Source: a virus
Taxonomy: Duplodnaviria; Caudoviricetes
Length of the DNA: 64,000 bases
IMG/VR virus record: IMGVR_UViG_3300033463_000085
Span: 1-64,000 of that record
Reading direction: 5' to 3' (one strand)
How positions within the stretch are numbered: the stretch's first letter is position 1; each line of letters opens with the position of its first letter. The notes below the pieces were generated by a model. That model had not been told where the DNA came from. It did no database searches and was given only the letters and a program-made list of their open reading frames with translations. Shown one piece after another: positions 20,873-29,972 of this stretch. A program made the position numbers and the translations under genes.

Positions 20873-21408
20873 GCCGCGCCTCCTTCCTTGACCGCGCCCA
20901 TCCCGCAGAGGATTGCGGCGAGCGCGTCGCACCGCTCCTTCGTAAGCCCGAATGTCTCGCCGTCGCCGTCGTGGGCCGCAAACACTATGTCGCCGACTAT
21001 CGGCTCGCCCGTGGTGGCGAGGCAAAGGGCTGTGGCGATGTTGTTCACAACCAGCACATCCTCGTCCTTGAGAAATCCGTTCTCGTCGACATAGCAATCC
21101 ACATCGCCGAAGCCGTCAGGCATGTCTACGCACGCTCGTTCGATGTAGCCGCCGACGGCCCTCTGCAACTGCTTGAGGCTGTTCGTCCTGTCGAACTCCT
21201 CGATTGAAAGGACGCTTCCGAGCGCGGCGACCTTGACTATGTAGGTCGTCTGCTTCGCGAGCGCTTCGCGTGCCGCCATTCGGGCGAGGATTACTCCGCC
21301 GTTGCAATCGTCGCAACACACGCCCTTGTCCCGGAGCGGGGCTGGGTTGTTGCCCCAGCCCTCGAACATTCTGCCGCACAGGCAGCATTCGTGCTTTTCG
21401 TTAGCCAT
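20869..21408 (-). CDS. DUF3846-like protein with N-terminal zinc finger
   Basis: LQRAVGGYIE...VDENG...N..AT...IVGDIVF; CCLC...CCDDC. Confidence 0.7.
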   Translation of the reverse strand: MANEKHECCLCGRMFEGWGNNPAPLRDKGVCCDDCNGGVILARMAAREALAKQTTYIVKVAALGSVLSIEEFDRTNSLKQLQRAVGGYIERACVDMPDGFGDVDCYVDENGFLKDEDVLVVNNIATALCLATTGEPIVGDIVFAAHDGDGETFGLTKERCDALAAILCGMGAVKEGGAA

Positions 21409-21420
21409 CTCCGCGCCTCC

Positions 21421-21978
21421 TTAGTATTCCTCTTCGTCGAGCGTCACCCATTGCTCGCGCTTGTTGAAAATCGTGTGCTTCCCGTCCTTGTCGAATGTGA
21501 GCGTGAAGCCCATTTCCCACACGGCCCGCGAAGCCCCGAAAAGCACGTGCAGCAATGTCGTAGCCTCCATGAGGGCGTCGGCATTGGCCTTTGATTCGTC
21601 AACGCGCTGTAGTTGCGCTGTGCCGCCCATGTCGCCCGAGTAGCAATAGTGGGTCGGGTTCTCCTTCCATGCGGCGGAAGCTCGGTATGTCACATCCGTT
21701 TCGAGTTTGCGTCCGCACATCTCTGCGAATCTGTTGAGTTCCGCGAGCCATATGTCGCACTGCTTCTCAAGGTCATTGAAGAAGTGCGGCGGGACGAGCG
21801 CGGCCTGCTGGCGGTGGCGGAACTGGTGGTTGTTCTGCTCGCACCAGTCCATGCAATCGCCGTCGTCGGCTGGGCCGTATAGTGGAGCGGACTCGTATTT
21901 GTCGTCCCATCCCTTTGGCGCTCCGTCACGCGGATATACCATGTGGCCGCTTTTGGCCTTTACTATGTCAACCTTCAT
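21421..21978 (-). CDS. Hypothetical protein, first gene of early cassette
   Basis: ATG after AAAAGGAGAACACGA. Confidence 0.7.
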   Translation of the reverse strand: MKVDIVKAKSGHMVYPRDGAPKGWDDKYESAPLYGPADDGDCMDWCEQNNHQFRHRQQAALVPPHFFNDLEKQCDIWLAELNRFAEMCGRKLETDVTYRASAAWKENPTHYCYSGDMGGTAQLQRVDESKANADALMEATTLLHVLFGASRAVWEMGFTLTFDKDGKHTIFNKREQWVTLDEEEY

Positions 21979-21982
21979 AGTT

Positions 21983-22099
21983 CGTGTTCTCCTTTTCGTT
22001 TGTGCCTTTTCGTTTGTATGGCGTGGGGGCGACTGTCCCCTCACCACGCGCATATCTTAGCAAATCACAACACCACCCGCAAGGGGGAATCTTAAGATT
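21983..22099 (-). promoter_or_regulatory. Early promoter cassette B
   Basis: TTGCGG-17bp-TAAGAT, operator-like inverted repeat 22020-22045, palindrome AATCTTAAGATT 22088-22099, GGAGAACACG RBS. Confidence 0.75.
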
Positions 22100-22218
22100 T
22101 CTTAAAATAGTTATCTCGCACTATTGCGCGATATAATGCTAATTGCGACGGAATAACGAAAAATGCGAAAACAGGCCGGAAAATAATTCTTCCCGCGTGT
22201 TCGAACTCTCGGCGCGAA

Positions 22219-23622
22219 CTACGCCTTGAGCGAGCGTATGTAGTCCACGAGCCGGGTGCGCTCCGCTGCCGAAAGTCCGTCCACAATGCGCCGCGCCTCC
22301 TTGAATCCGGCGGAACAAGGCGGCTCTTTGGCCGACAGGCCGGAGCCAGAGGGCGGACGCGCTTCAAGTATCGCGCTGTCCGGCGGTTGTTCTGCGGCAA
22401 TGTCTATCACATCGGGGAGCGCGTCGGCCAGCTGCTGCCTGTGCGCCTCCGCGTCGCCGTGGAAATAGTGCGATGTCATCATCGGGCTGGCATGGCCGAC
22501 TATGCTCTGCACATAGGCGAGGGGCATTCCTCCGTTGCCGCACAGGCTAACGAATGTGTGCCGGAGCGAATGGAAGCCTACGACGGTCACCTTGCGCGAA
22601 TAGCCGTCCACGGTCGCTGTCGTGGCAATCCCGGCCTTTTCGAACAAGTCTTGTATATTGGAAACGAGCGAGGAGTTGTCGCGTTCGTATTGCTCCGCCG
22701 TGACCGGAAGCACATACGGCGACCCCTCCGTGCGCGGCGCGTCCTTGAGGACGGCCTGGAGCGACGGATGGAGGCTCATCGTCACGAGCGTTCCGGCCTT
22801 GGCCGTCTTGCGCGGGAGGACATGGATTAGACCGCGCCCAAGGTCTATCGAATCCCATTTGAGGAGGGCGCAGTCGCCGAGCCGGAGGCCTGTGTAGATT
22901 CCGAGCGCGAACAGGATGCGCATTTCGCCCTCAAGCAACGCGCACACCTTCGCAAGCTCCTCGACGGACAGCGCACGCCGTCCCCTCTGCCGCTTGTCGC
23001 CGCGCCGTTCGAACTCGGCCCAAGCGTCGTCCTTGGCGCGTATCTCGCGGGCGAGCTTCTTCCACATCAGCCGCATGAGCGCCAGATATTTGTTGTGGGT
23101 GTTCGCCGAGAACTTCTCGCCGATGCCGTGAAGGAACTTCGCCGCCGTCTCTCTATTCAACTGCCGAAGCTCGCCGACATCCGGCGCGTTGGCCTTTAGC
23201 CATTCGACGAGCCGACCGAACTGGCTCTCGTACATATCCATCGTCGCCGATGATGTGCGTCCCATCCGCTCGCGGAACAGGGCGAACGCGTCCTTGAACG
23301 AGAGGGCTGGCTTCTCGTCCTCGTATCGCTGGATTTCCGCCTTTACCCCGCCGAGCCGGACGATTGCGTTCTGTAGACTTGCGGCCTCGTCGCGGAGGAC
23401 ATAGTGGCGCATCTCCTTGGCAAGCCTCTCCTCCGCCTGTCGCTTGTTCGAGGTCTTGAGGGATTTTGTGTGAATCTTTCCGGCGACAATCCATCGCCCA
23501 AAGTAGGTGTTGCCCCGCTTTACCAAGGAACCCTTGCCCTTTGCCCGCTGCTTCTGCGGCGATTTGTCCCCGCGTTCCTTCGAGGGTGCGGGGCGTGAAG
23601 TCGTGTTTTCGCTCTTGCGCAT
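22219..23622 (-). CDS. int: Tyrosine integrase
   Basis: TGLRLGD, FHSLRHTF, VGH...MTSHY catalytic R-H-x-x-R-H-Y residues; start may be 23643. Confidence 0.95.
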   Translation of the reverse strand: MRKSENTTSRPAPSKERGDKSPQKQRAKGKGSLVKRGNTYFGRWIVAGKIHTKSLKTSNKRQAEERLAKEMRHYVLRDEAASLQNAIVRLGGVKAEIQRYEDEKPALSFKDAFALFRERMGRTSSATMDMYESQFGRLVEWLKANAPDVGELRQLNRETAAKFLHGIGEKFSANTHNKYLALMRLMWKKLAREIRAKDDAWAEFERRGDKRQRGRRALSVEELAKVCALLEGEMRILFALGIYTGLRLGDCALLKWDSIDLGRGLIHVLPRKTAKAGTLVTMSLHPSLQAVLKDAPRTEGSPYVLPVTAEQYERDNSSLVSNIQDLFEKAGIATTATVDGYSRKVTVVGFHSLRHTFVSLCGNGGMPLAYVQSIVGHASPMMTSHYFHGDAEAHRQQLADALPDVIDIAAEQPPDSAILEARPPSGSGLSAKEPPCSAGFKEARRIVDGLSAAERTRLVDYIRSLKA

Positions 23623-23674
23623 TGTGGCGCAATATGATACCATATATTCCGCATTAGGTAAAGGGCGAAAACTG

Positions 23675-23697
23675 AAACCATAACCAAACCATAACCA
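23675..23697. repeat. Integrase arm-type site, left copy
   Basis: AAACCATAACCAAACCATAACCA, perfect direct repeat of 23893-23915. Confidence 0.8.
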
Positions 23698-23733
23698 GCC
23701 ATGATGGAAAACCGCGCATATTCGGGCTTCTCG

Positions 23734-23782
23734 GCAGATTCTGATTCTGCTTGTTGGGGTTCGAGTCCCTGCGAGGCAACCA
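23734..23782 (+). other. attP core: 3' half of tRNA-Gln(CTG)
   Basis: Anticodon arm GCAGA-TTCTGAT-TCTGC, T arm GGGG-TTCGAGT-CCCT, 3' CCA; D arm and 5' acceptor strand absent. Confidence 0.85.
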
Positions 23783-23807
23783 TTGAGAATCCAAATAAAA
23801 TCGCCGT

Positions 23808-23838
23808 AAAGCCCTTGAAACGGGGCTTTTTCTTTTTC
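23808..23838 (+). terminator. Rho-independent terminator after the tRNA fragment
   Basis: AAAGCCC...GGGCTTT stem followed by T tract. Confidence 0.7.
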
Positions 23839-23892
23839 GCCCGATTTGTGCCTTTCGCTTTGTCACGCTTTGTCCCGTCGCCTCCTACGCAA

Positions 23893-23915
23893 AAACCATA
23901 ACCAAACCATAACCA
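23893..23915. repeat. Integrase arm-type site, right copy
   Basis: Identical 23-mer to 23675-23697. Confidence 0.8.
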
Positions 23916-23925
23916 TCCGGCGGCA

Positions 23926-23957
23926 TAAAAATCCCCGTGGGCGCTGGCCTCACGGGG
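23926..23957 (-). terminator. Terminator ending the glycosyltransferase operon
   Basis: CCCCGTG/CACGGGG stem followed by ATTTTTAT on minus strand. Confidence 0.65.
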
Positions 23958-24022
23958 TCGGGGGTGGGCGGAGAACACGACTTCTTTACCCTGCCCCCTA
24001 AATCGAATGTGCGGACATTATA

Positions 24023-25243
24023 TCATAACTGCCGCTTCTCCGTCGGCGCGATTCCGAGTATTTCTTCTATCACGGCGACATTTTTCTGCAATCGGGCGTC
24101 GTTCGGCGCGACCTTGAGCGCGTTTCTTGCCGCCTCAAGCGACCCGGAGCGGTCGCCCGTATTCCACTTGGCGAGCGAAAGCAAGTCCCAAGGCTTGTAG
24201 CCCCAGCACCAGTCCTTCGTAAGGTATGTGTAGCACCGCTGACGCACCGACAGGGCGCGTTGAGCGGCGTTCAGGCATACGCTCCACCAAAGGGCCGCGT
24301 CGGCCTTGTCGCCGCCGCTGGCGCGGTCGTGGGCCATCTGCGCAAGCTCCATCGCGGCCTCGCGCTGTTCGGGGGCCTCGGCCATCGCCTTGTAGTACCA
24401 ATCCACGGCCTCCGTTGGCTTGCCAGTCTCGCACAGGCACTTCGCTATGAGGCGCATGGACGCGGCCCTCTCCGGCCTCCACACGGCCCTCGGCATCGAC
24501 AAGTGCCGCTTTAGGGCCGCCAACGCCTCGCCGTAGCGTCCGTTGAACACATATTCGCGCCCAAGATAGTGCGCGTTGCGGTCGTCGTCGGGGCATTCGC
24601 GGACGGAAAGTTCAAGGAGCCGCAAATACGATTCCCTGCTCTTGCCGGGGTCTGAATGGTGTTCGAGCCTCATGCCGGGTATGGCGACCTCCACGCGCTC
24701 CGCGCCGCCGTAGTCCAGGACTTCGTGGACGGGGTGCGTCCATCGGCACAGGCCGTGGGCGTGAACCTTCTTGTAGGTGAACTTCGAGCCGTCCGTTCCG
24801 TCGGCGTTGAAGTTCCACACATACTCGTATGTCCCCGTCGTCGGCTTGCGGCCCTTTGCGACCGCATCGGCCCATGCGGCCTCCAGTTTCGCCCTCCAGC
24901 CGGGACAAAGAACCTCGTCGAGGTCTGTGCAGACGCATATGTCCGTGTCCGGCGGGATGAGGCGCATCGAATCGTTCCTCGCCCAATCGAAGCGCCACGG
25001 CTTCGGGAAGCGTGTGGGGTTCGCCATGTGGTCTAGTAGGGCGCGGCTGTATTCGTCCGGCGTTTTCCAATTGGCGTATGTCGTCGTATCGACGAACGCG
25101 CCGCATTCGCGGAGGAGGGCCACCGTTCCGTCGGTCGAGCCCGTGTCGAGGACTACTATGTCGTCCGCCTCCTTCATGGAATCCACCCAGCGGCGGACAA
25201 ACTTCTCCTCGTTGAAGGAGATTGCATAGACGGTGATTTTCAT
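24023..25243 (-). CDS. Glycosyltransferase family 2 with C-terminal TPR repeats
   Basis: VYAISFNEEK...VVLDTGSTDGT, DLDE, HEVL, H..DPGKSR..Y..LL..S..E.PDD.RN..YLGRE. Confidence 0.88.
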   Translation of the reverse strand: MKITVYAISFNEEKFVRRWVDSMKEADDIVVLDTGSTDGTVALLRECGAFVDTTTYANWKTPDEYSRALLDHMANPTRFPKPWRFDWARNDSMRLIPPDTDICVCTDLDEVLCPGWRAKLEAAWADAVAKGRKPTTGTYEYVWNFNADGTDGSKFTYKKVHAHGLCRWTHPVHEVLDYGGAERVEVAIPGMRLEHHSDPGKSRESYLRLLELSVRECPDDDRNAHYLGREYVFNGRYGEALAALKRHLSMPRAVWRPERAASMRLIAKCLCETGKPTEAVDWYYKAMAEAPEQREAAMELAQMAHDRASGGDKADAALWWSVCLNAAQRALSVRQRCYTYLTKDWCWGYKPWDLLSLAKWNTGDRSGSLEAARNALKVAPNDARLQKNVAVIEEILGIAPTEKRQL

Positions 25244-25268
25244 TGGTCGTGTTCCCATTCAGCAGACA

Positions 25269-25282
25269 GCCAAACCCGTCAA
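25269..25282 (-). promoter_or_regulatory. Late-gene motif variant TTGAC-N5-TGGC
   Basis: TTGACGGGTTTGGC, 26 bp upstream of GT2 start. Confidence 0.5.
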
Positions 25283-25821
25283 TCTTCGACCTCAACCATG
25301 TCGGCGAGCATCTTCTGGGTGTTGGCGTATGCCTTGTCGAGAAGCCCCGGACGGAGGATGTCGGCGTTGAAGTGTCCGCCGCGACCCTTGCCGCTCACGA
25401 CGGAATCGACGATGTGCTCGATTACGTCTATGAGGTTGATGTCCTCCGGCGGCGCATCCTCGATGTGGTGGCGCTCGTAGCGCGTGTGGTAGTGCGCGGC
25501 CCAATCGCTCAACCGCCAGTCTGACTCGCGGATTTCGCCCTTCTGCTTTGCGGAGAAGTGGTTGTAGTATTCGTCGAAGAATTCCATCTTCGTCCAGTCG
25601 TGCTTCGCGCCGCGCTGGCGTATGATTTCCGCCATGCGCTCCATGCCGCGCCGGACATCGCGCCTGTGGGCGACGACGGCCTCGCGCAGCTCCTCCTTGC
25701 CGACGGCGTGGGTCGCGGTCGAGGCGGACGCGGACGGCGTGGGGTGGATGACCATGCGCTTGCGCTCGTCTGATGTCATTGCGAGCGCGTTGGCGACGAT
25801 GGGATTTGTCGATGTCAGCAT
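25279..25821 (-). CDS. DUF5662/HD-superfamily protein with NPIV leader
   Basis: KHDWTK...HY...RHHIE...IDVIEHIVD motifs. Confidence 0.65.
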   Translation of the reverse strand: MLTSTNPIVANALAMTSDERKRMVIHPTPSASASTATHAVGKEELREAVVAHRRDVRRGMERMAEIIRQRGAKHDWTKMEFFDEYYNHFSAKQKGEIRESDWRLSDWAAHYHTRYERHHIEDAPPEDINLIDVIEHIVDSVVSGKGRGGHFNADILRPGLLDKAYANTQKMLADMVEVED

Positions 25822-25961
25822 TTGTCGCTTTCCTTTCCTTGTGGCGGCGGCGCGTCGTGCGCGGCCTTAGGCAGTCCCGAGAGCGGGACGCAAACATGGT
25901 TCTTGAGCCAGGCGGCGGCCTCCGCGTGGGTGGGACATTCCCTGTCCGCGCATTTCGTCAT
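25815..25961 (-). CDS. Small hypothetical protein
   Basis: 48-aa ORF filling the gap with overlapping start/stop. Confidence 0.4.
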   Translation of the reverse strand: MTKCADRECPTHAEAAAWLKNHVCVPLSGLPKAAHDAPPPQGKESDKC

Positions 25962-26731
25962 GGCATCCTCTCCCAGCGCGAGCGGACGGAATACCGCTCG
26001 TCCATCCACCTGCGGAATCCGGCCACGGCGAATGCGTTGTCGTTTATCGAGAATCCGGCGAACTTGTCGGCGCGGCCTTGCTGCATGAGGTCGAGCGTGT
26101 TGCGCGGGAACTTCCTGTCCATTCGCCACACGAGCTTGCGTTTGCCGCAGTTGCGGAGGAGCCATGCGTTGGCGAACAGCGAGTGGAAGTTTGCGCCCAC
26201 ATCGCCGTCCTTGAGGGTGAGGGCGTAGTCCGAAAGCTCCTGCACGATACGCCAGTCGTCGGCGTGGAAGAATGTGTTGAAGTGCTGCGAGAAGTCCATC
26301 GCGGGCATCCCGTGCTCAAGGAGCGCTTCGCGGGCTAGATACAGCGACACATCGAAATTGTTCCCCCCCTCCGCCATCTGCTCGCGGGCGAGGAGCATCG
26401 CGTTCTTCCAATACTGCGGGGCCGTGTCGAAGTCTCTCGGACGGGTGAGGAAATGGTCGTCGGCGGAGAACAGGAATTCACCCTCCACCAATCCGGCCTT
26501 GCAAGCCGCTATAACCTTCGCGCCGAGGTTGCGAGTCTTGCGTTTGCATGGGTCTGGCATCTTGAGGACTTCGCCGGAAAACCAGTCGGGCGCGTAGCCG
26601 ACGACGACGGGCTCGACATTCACCTCGCCGTCCGAGCCGCGAGCGTATCTCTCAAGGGAGCGGAGCGACCAGCGGAACTCGATGTTTCCGTTGGTGGAGC
26701 CCTCCCCCATGACATAGAGAATCTTCATCAT
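25958..26731 (-). CDS. Stealth-like (CR2) sugar-phosphotransferase/glycosyltransferase
   Basis: EFRWSLRSLERY...VVVGYAPDWF, FLFSADDHF; true start MMKILYV at 26731. Confidence 0.6.
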   Translation of the reverse strand: MMKILYVMGEGSTNGNIEFRWSLRSLERYARGSDGEVNVEPVVVGYAPDWFSGEVLKMPDPCKRKTRNLGAKVIAACKAGLVEGEFLFSADDHFLTRPRDFDTAPQYWKNAMLLAREQMAEGGNNFDVSLYLAREALLEHGMPAMDFSQHFNTFFHADDWRIVQELSDYALTLKDGDVGANFHSLFANAWLLRNCGKRKLVWRMDRKFPRNTLDLMQQGRADKFAGFSINDNAFAVAGFRRWMDERYSVRSRWERMP

Positions 26732-27450
26732 ATCGCGGCCTCCCTGTAGCATTCGCGCAGCATCCCCATTCGGGCGTATCTGCGCTGCTGGCCCACCGCG
26801 CTCGTTATGCCGCCGAGGTCGGCCTGTTCCGCGCAGCATGGGAACGAACAATACATCTTGAGGGACGGGTCGCGGCGGTTCATGTAGTAGAAATACTGGT
26901 CGGAAAGGCACATCTTGCCCTCGCCTCTCGCCGCCGCCTCCTGGAAGTAAAGCCACGCCTCCATGCCTTTTCGGGAGAGCGCCCAGCAAGCCGTTGAGCG
27001 CAAGTCCGTAAACCTCTTCCAGTAGCCGTTCACGAGCGGGGCCTTCATGAGCGCGTCGCATTCCTCGTCCGTCGCCTTGCCGCGAACGACCCAATCGAGC
27101 ATGGCGATGTCGTAGTCGTCCGGCAGAGCCTCCACAATCCTTCCGAGCAGGGTCTTGTCCTTGAGGAAGCGGGCGTCGTCCTCCAGTATCAGGACGCTCC
27201 TCTTGCCAAGCTCGTATGCCGTGCGGACGATTCTGTTGTGGTTCAAGGTGCAGTCCATCCAGCCGCCCTTGCACATCCGCGTGTGGCGGACATTGGCTTC
27301 GATGACGCGGACGTATGGGTTTTCGCATCCCCAGAAAGGGACGAACGAGAAGCCGACGCGCATCGTCTCGCGCTCAAGCATCTCGGCGTTCTGCGGCTTC
27401 TTCGAGAAAAGAACGGCCGCCTTCATGTCGAACCTGTCCCAGCAGTTCAT
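26728..27450 (-). CDS. Glycosyltransferase family 25
   Basis: CTLNHNRIV...SVLILEDDARF, STACWALSRKG, SDQY, CAEQ. Confidence 0.75.
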   Translation of the reverse strand: MNCWDRFDMKAAVLFSKKPQNAEMLERETMRVGFSFVPFWGCENPYVRVIEANVRHTRMCKGGWMDCTLNHNRIVRTAYELGKRSVLILEDDARFLKDKTLLGRIVEALPDDYDIAMLDWVVRGKATDEECDALMKAPLVNGYWKRFTDLRSTACWALSRKGMEAWLYFQEAAARGEGKMCLSDQYFYYMNRRDPSLKMYCSFPCCAEQADLGGITSAVGQQRRYARMGMLRECYREAAI

Positions 27451-27494
27451 TTGTCGTGTTCTCCTGTGTTTTCCATTTGTTTTCCCGCCTTGAA

Positions 27495-27559
27495 AACCGA
27501 CGCCCCAACCCCGTGTGGGGAAGGGGCGCAGTTTTGTCTATCCCGCTTGCGGGTCGGGA
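27495..27559 (-). terminator. Hairpins after the major capsid gene
   Basis: ATCCCG/CGGGAT and GCCCC/GGGGC stems followed by GGTTTT; second loop holds an operator-like TTCCCCACAC. Confidence 0.5.
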
Positions 27560-28606
27560 TTAGGCCTCGCCCGACGAGGACGAGCTGGACGAGCTGGAGC
27601 TGTCGGTCGCCGGGGTCTTGGCCGAGACGAGACGGACGATCTTGGTCGGCTGAATGAGCTTCGCGCCGAACAGGCTCTCGCAGGTCGCCACGGTGTCGCC
27701 CGTGCGCCAGTCGCCGCCGCGACGCCACTGGAGGACGAGGCCGGAGGCCGGGTCGCTCGAAGTGCCGAGGTCGCGGTAGAGCTCGGGGTCGACAATCTCG
27801 ATGGTGCGGGAGCCGACGGCGATGGCCGTCTCGGGGATGATTGCGCCGAGAAGGTTCGTGTCGTTCAGCTCGTCCATCTCGATGACGGCCTTGTAGCCGA
27901 GGAGGGCCGGAATCGTGCCGTTCTGCACGGCCTCCGGGCTGCCGTAGGAGTGCGCCTCGAGGTCGGCGAGGAGTTCCGCGTACTTCTCGGGACGGAGCGC
28001 GAGGACGCAGCGGCGGATTGCGAGGTCGTTGTTCACGGCCGCAACGCGAATCTTCGCCGCGAGCTTCTTCGTCAGCTCGCCGTTGCCAAGGACGAACTCG
28101 TTGGCGGCGGAGAACTTGAGCGTGCTCTTGGTCTCGATTTCCTCGCCGTCCTCGTTCACGAAGGTGGTCGTGTCGGTGCCGCTCGTCGGGATGTTCTCCT
28201 TGGTGATGAGGCCGCCGACGATGTTGGCGATGCGGCGACCGACAGCCTCCGAGGAGGAGTTGGCCGTCTTGAGGAGCAGGGCCTTGTTCGTGCCGGACGG
28301 AAGCATGGTGGCCTTCGCCTCGGAGAACTTGAACGAGTGCTTGATGTGCTTGTTGCAGCCCATCGAGACGAACTTCACCTCGCCGTCGTAGTGACCGTAG
28401 TTGTTCGTTTCGCGGTCGTAATCCTTCGCCTCACCGTTGATGATGTAGGGGATGAGGATGGAGCCGCCAGCGGTCATGGTGTCGGGCGAGAAGTCCGTGG
28501 TGAACTGCGAAATCTTCACGATGTCCTTGCGGAGCATCATGATTGTCTGGTTTGCGACGTAGCGCAGACCGGGCGATGCGATTGAACCGAGGTCGGGTTT
28601 ACCCAT
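27560..28606 (-). CDS. Major capsid protein with C-terminal poly-Ser tail
   Basis: 348 aa directly after protease/scaffold; strongly biased codons; ends in ten Ser then GEA. Confidence 0.85.
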   Translation of the reverse strand: MGKPDLGSIASPGLRYVANQTIMMLRKDIVKISQFTTDFSPDTMTAGGSILIPYIINGEAKDYDRETNNYGHYDGEVKFVSMGCNKHIKHSFKFSEAKATMLPSGTNKALLLKTANSSSEAVGRRIANIVGGLITKENIPTSGTDTTTFVNEDGEEIETKSTLKFSAANEFVLGNGELTKKLAAKIRVAAVNNDLAIRRCVLALRPEKYAELLADLEAHSYGSPEAVQNGTIPALLGYKAVIEMDELNDTNLLGAIIPETAIAVGSRTIEIVDPELYRDLGTSSDPASGLVLQWRRGGDWRTGDTVATCESLFGAKLIQPTKIVRLVSAKTPATDSSSSSSSSSSGEA

Positions 28607-28661
28607 TTTCGTGTACCTTTCTTAGATTGGTTGGTTTTGGTTGTCCTGGCCGATGGGCGGA

Positions 28662-29972
28662 TTACTTGTCCGCCATTTCCTCAAGGGCCTTGATTTCCTT
28701 TTCGGGGTCGCCTCCGCAAGACGCGAGCGCATCCTTCATGTTGATGACGGTGGGCTTCTTGGCGGCGGCGTTCTCGACGCGGGTGTGCGTCTTGACGGGC
28801 TCACCCGGCTTCTTCGGGGTCTGCGCGTTGGCGACGGCCTTCTTCGCGACGAGGCGGAAGTTGGCGACGGTCTTCTGCGCGGCCTCGGGGTTGGCCTTGA
28901 ACTCCTCCTTGAGGGTTTCCTTGGCCTCTTCCGGGATGACATCCTCGTTCTGCGTGACGAAGGTGTTTGCCTCGTTGTCGAGCTTTTCGGCCTTGAGGGT
29001 TTCCAGCTCGTCGGCCTTGCCCTGGAGGTCAGCGTTTGCGGTCTGGAGGTCGCCGCAGTTCTGGACGAGCCTGTTCACGGCCTCGACAGTCTCTTCGGGA
29101 GTGCTCTTCGTGTCGATGCCAAGCGCGTTCTGCACCTGTTCGACAACGCCACACTTCGCGACGAGGGCATCGAAAGCCTGCTCAACATCTTCATCCTTCG
29201 CGTCGGCGGGGAGTCCGAGTTTTGCACGAATATCCATGTCGTGTGTTTCCTTTTTTGGTTTGTGGGTTGTGATTTCCGGCTCCTGTTTCGGAGTCGGCGT
29301 TGCTGCCGTGCCTTTGTTCTCTTCGGCGTTCGCGGTTGCGCTTGGCACCTTTGCCGTCACGCCATCCGCGTTTGCGGCGGTGGCTCCCGGCTGTGTCTTA
29401 TTTCCCGCTTGGCTGTTGAGCATCGGAGCGACAGGTAAATTGGGGCGGTTCGTGAGGCCGACGGAAACCAGCTCCTCTGGGCGGTTGTCGTCGTCGAGCG
29501 TCCACGCGGCTGAAACGAATCTGTAGACCTTGCCGTTGATTGTTTCCGCGCCGAGGGAGGTCGGCTCTATTTCTGCCATGAGGCCCTTGGCCTCGTCCTT
29601 GAATAGGCGGGCGACCCATGCCATCGCCCTCGTGTCCGTGGAAAGCTCGGAGGAGTGGTCTGCGTCCACGAGGACTTTCCTGTTGGGGTCGAATTTGGCG
29701 ATGAGCGCGTCTATGGCTTTCTCGTCCACCTTCTGGACGACCTCGCGGCGTCCGTCGCGGGCCGTCGGGTCCTCGACCTCCTCCTCAACCGTCTGGCCGT
29801 CCACGACCTTGGATATGACGCGCTTGCCGTCCTGTGCGGTTTCGTCCTCGACCCATTGCGGATATTCGCCGACGGGGGCGAGCTGTATGACGAGGGGCTT
29901 GCCTACCTCTGCGCTCTTCTCCGCAGGTAGGTCGAATGCGACCGCGTTTGTTATGACCTTCTTCGTCGTCAT
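28662..29972 (-). CDS. Mu gpI-like prohead protease/scaffold
   Basis: IQLAPVGE, VDADH, YRFVSAAW, SVGLTNRPNL then low-complexity scaffold region. Confidence 0.88.
   Translation of the reverse strand: MTTKKVITNAVAFDLPAEKSAEVGKPLVIQLAPVGEYPQWVEDETAQDGKRVISKVVDGQTVEEEVEDPTARDGRREVVQKVDEKAIDALIAKFDPNRKVLVDADHSSELSTDTRAMAWVARLFKDEAKGLMAEIEPTSLGAETINGKVYRFVSAAWTLDDDNRPEELVSVGLTNRPNLPVAPMLNSQAGNKTQPGATAANADGVTAKVPSATANAEENKGTAATPTPKQEPEITTHKPKKETHDMDIRAKLGLPADAKDEDVEQAFDALVAKCGVVEQVQNALGIDTKSTPEETVEAVNRLVQNCGDLQTANADLQGKADELETLKAEKLDNEANTFVTQNEDVIPEEAKETLKEEFKANPEAAQKTVANFRLVAKKAVANAQTPKKPGEPVKTHTRVENAAAKKPTVINMKDALASCGGDPEKEIKALEEMADK

Noticed and set aside
23734-23782. Complete tRNA-Gln gene
   Set aside because: No D arm or 5' acceptor strand upstream; it is an att core fragment.
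23965-23990. GGAGAACACGAC on plus strand near attP as a gene start
   Set aside because: No start codon follows; possibly a relic or accessory binding site, not supportable.
25958-27328. 456-aa ORF as one gene
   Set aside because: The 5' part is an alternative frame of the GT25 gene; the real start is MMKILYV at 26731.
27515-29438. Long plus-strand ORFs (356 aa, 265 aa) opposite capsid and protease; likewise 34389-35264 and 41233-42639
   Set aside because: Antisense shadows caused by strong GC3 codon bias; no independent family motifs.
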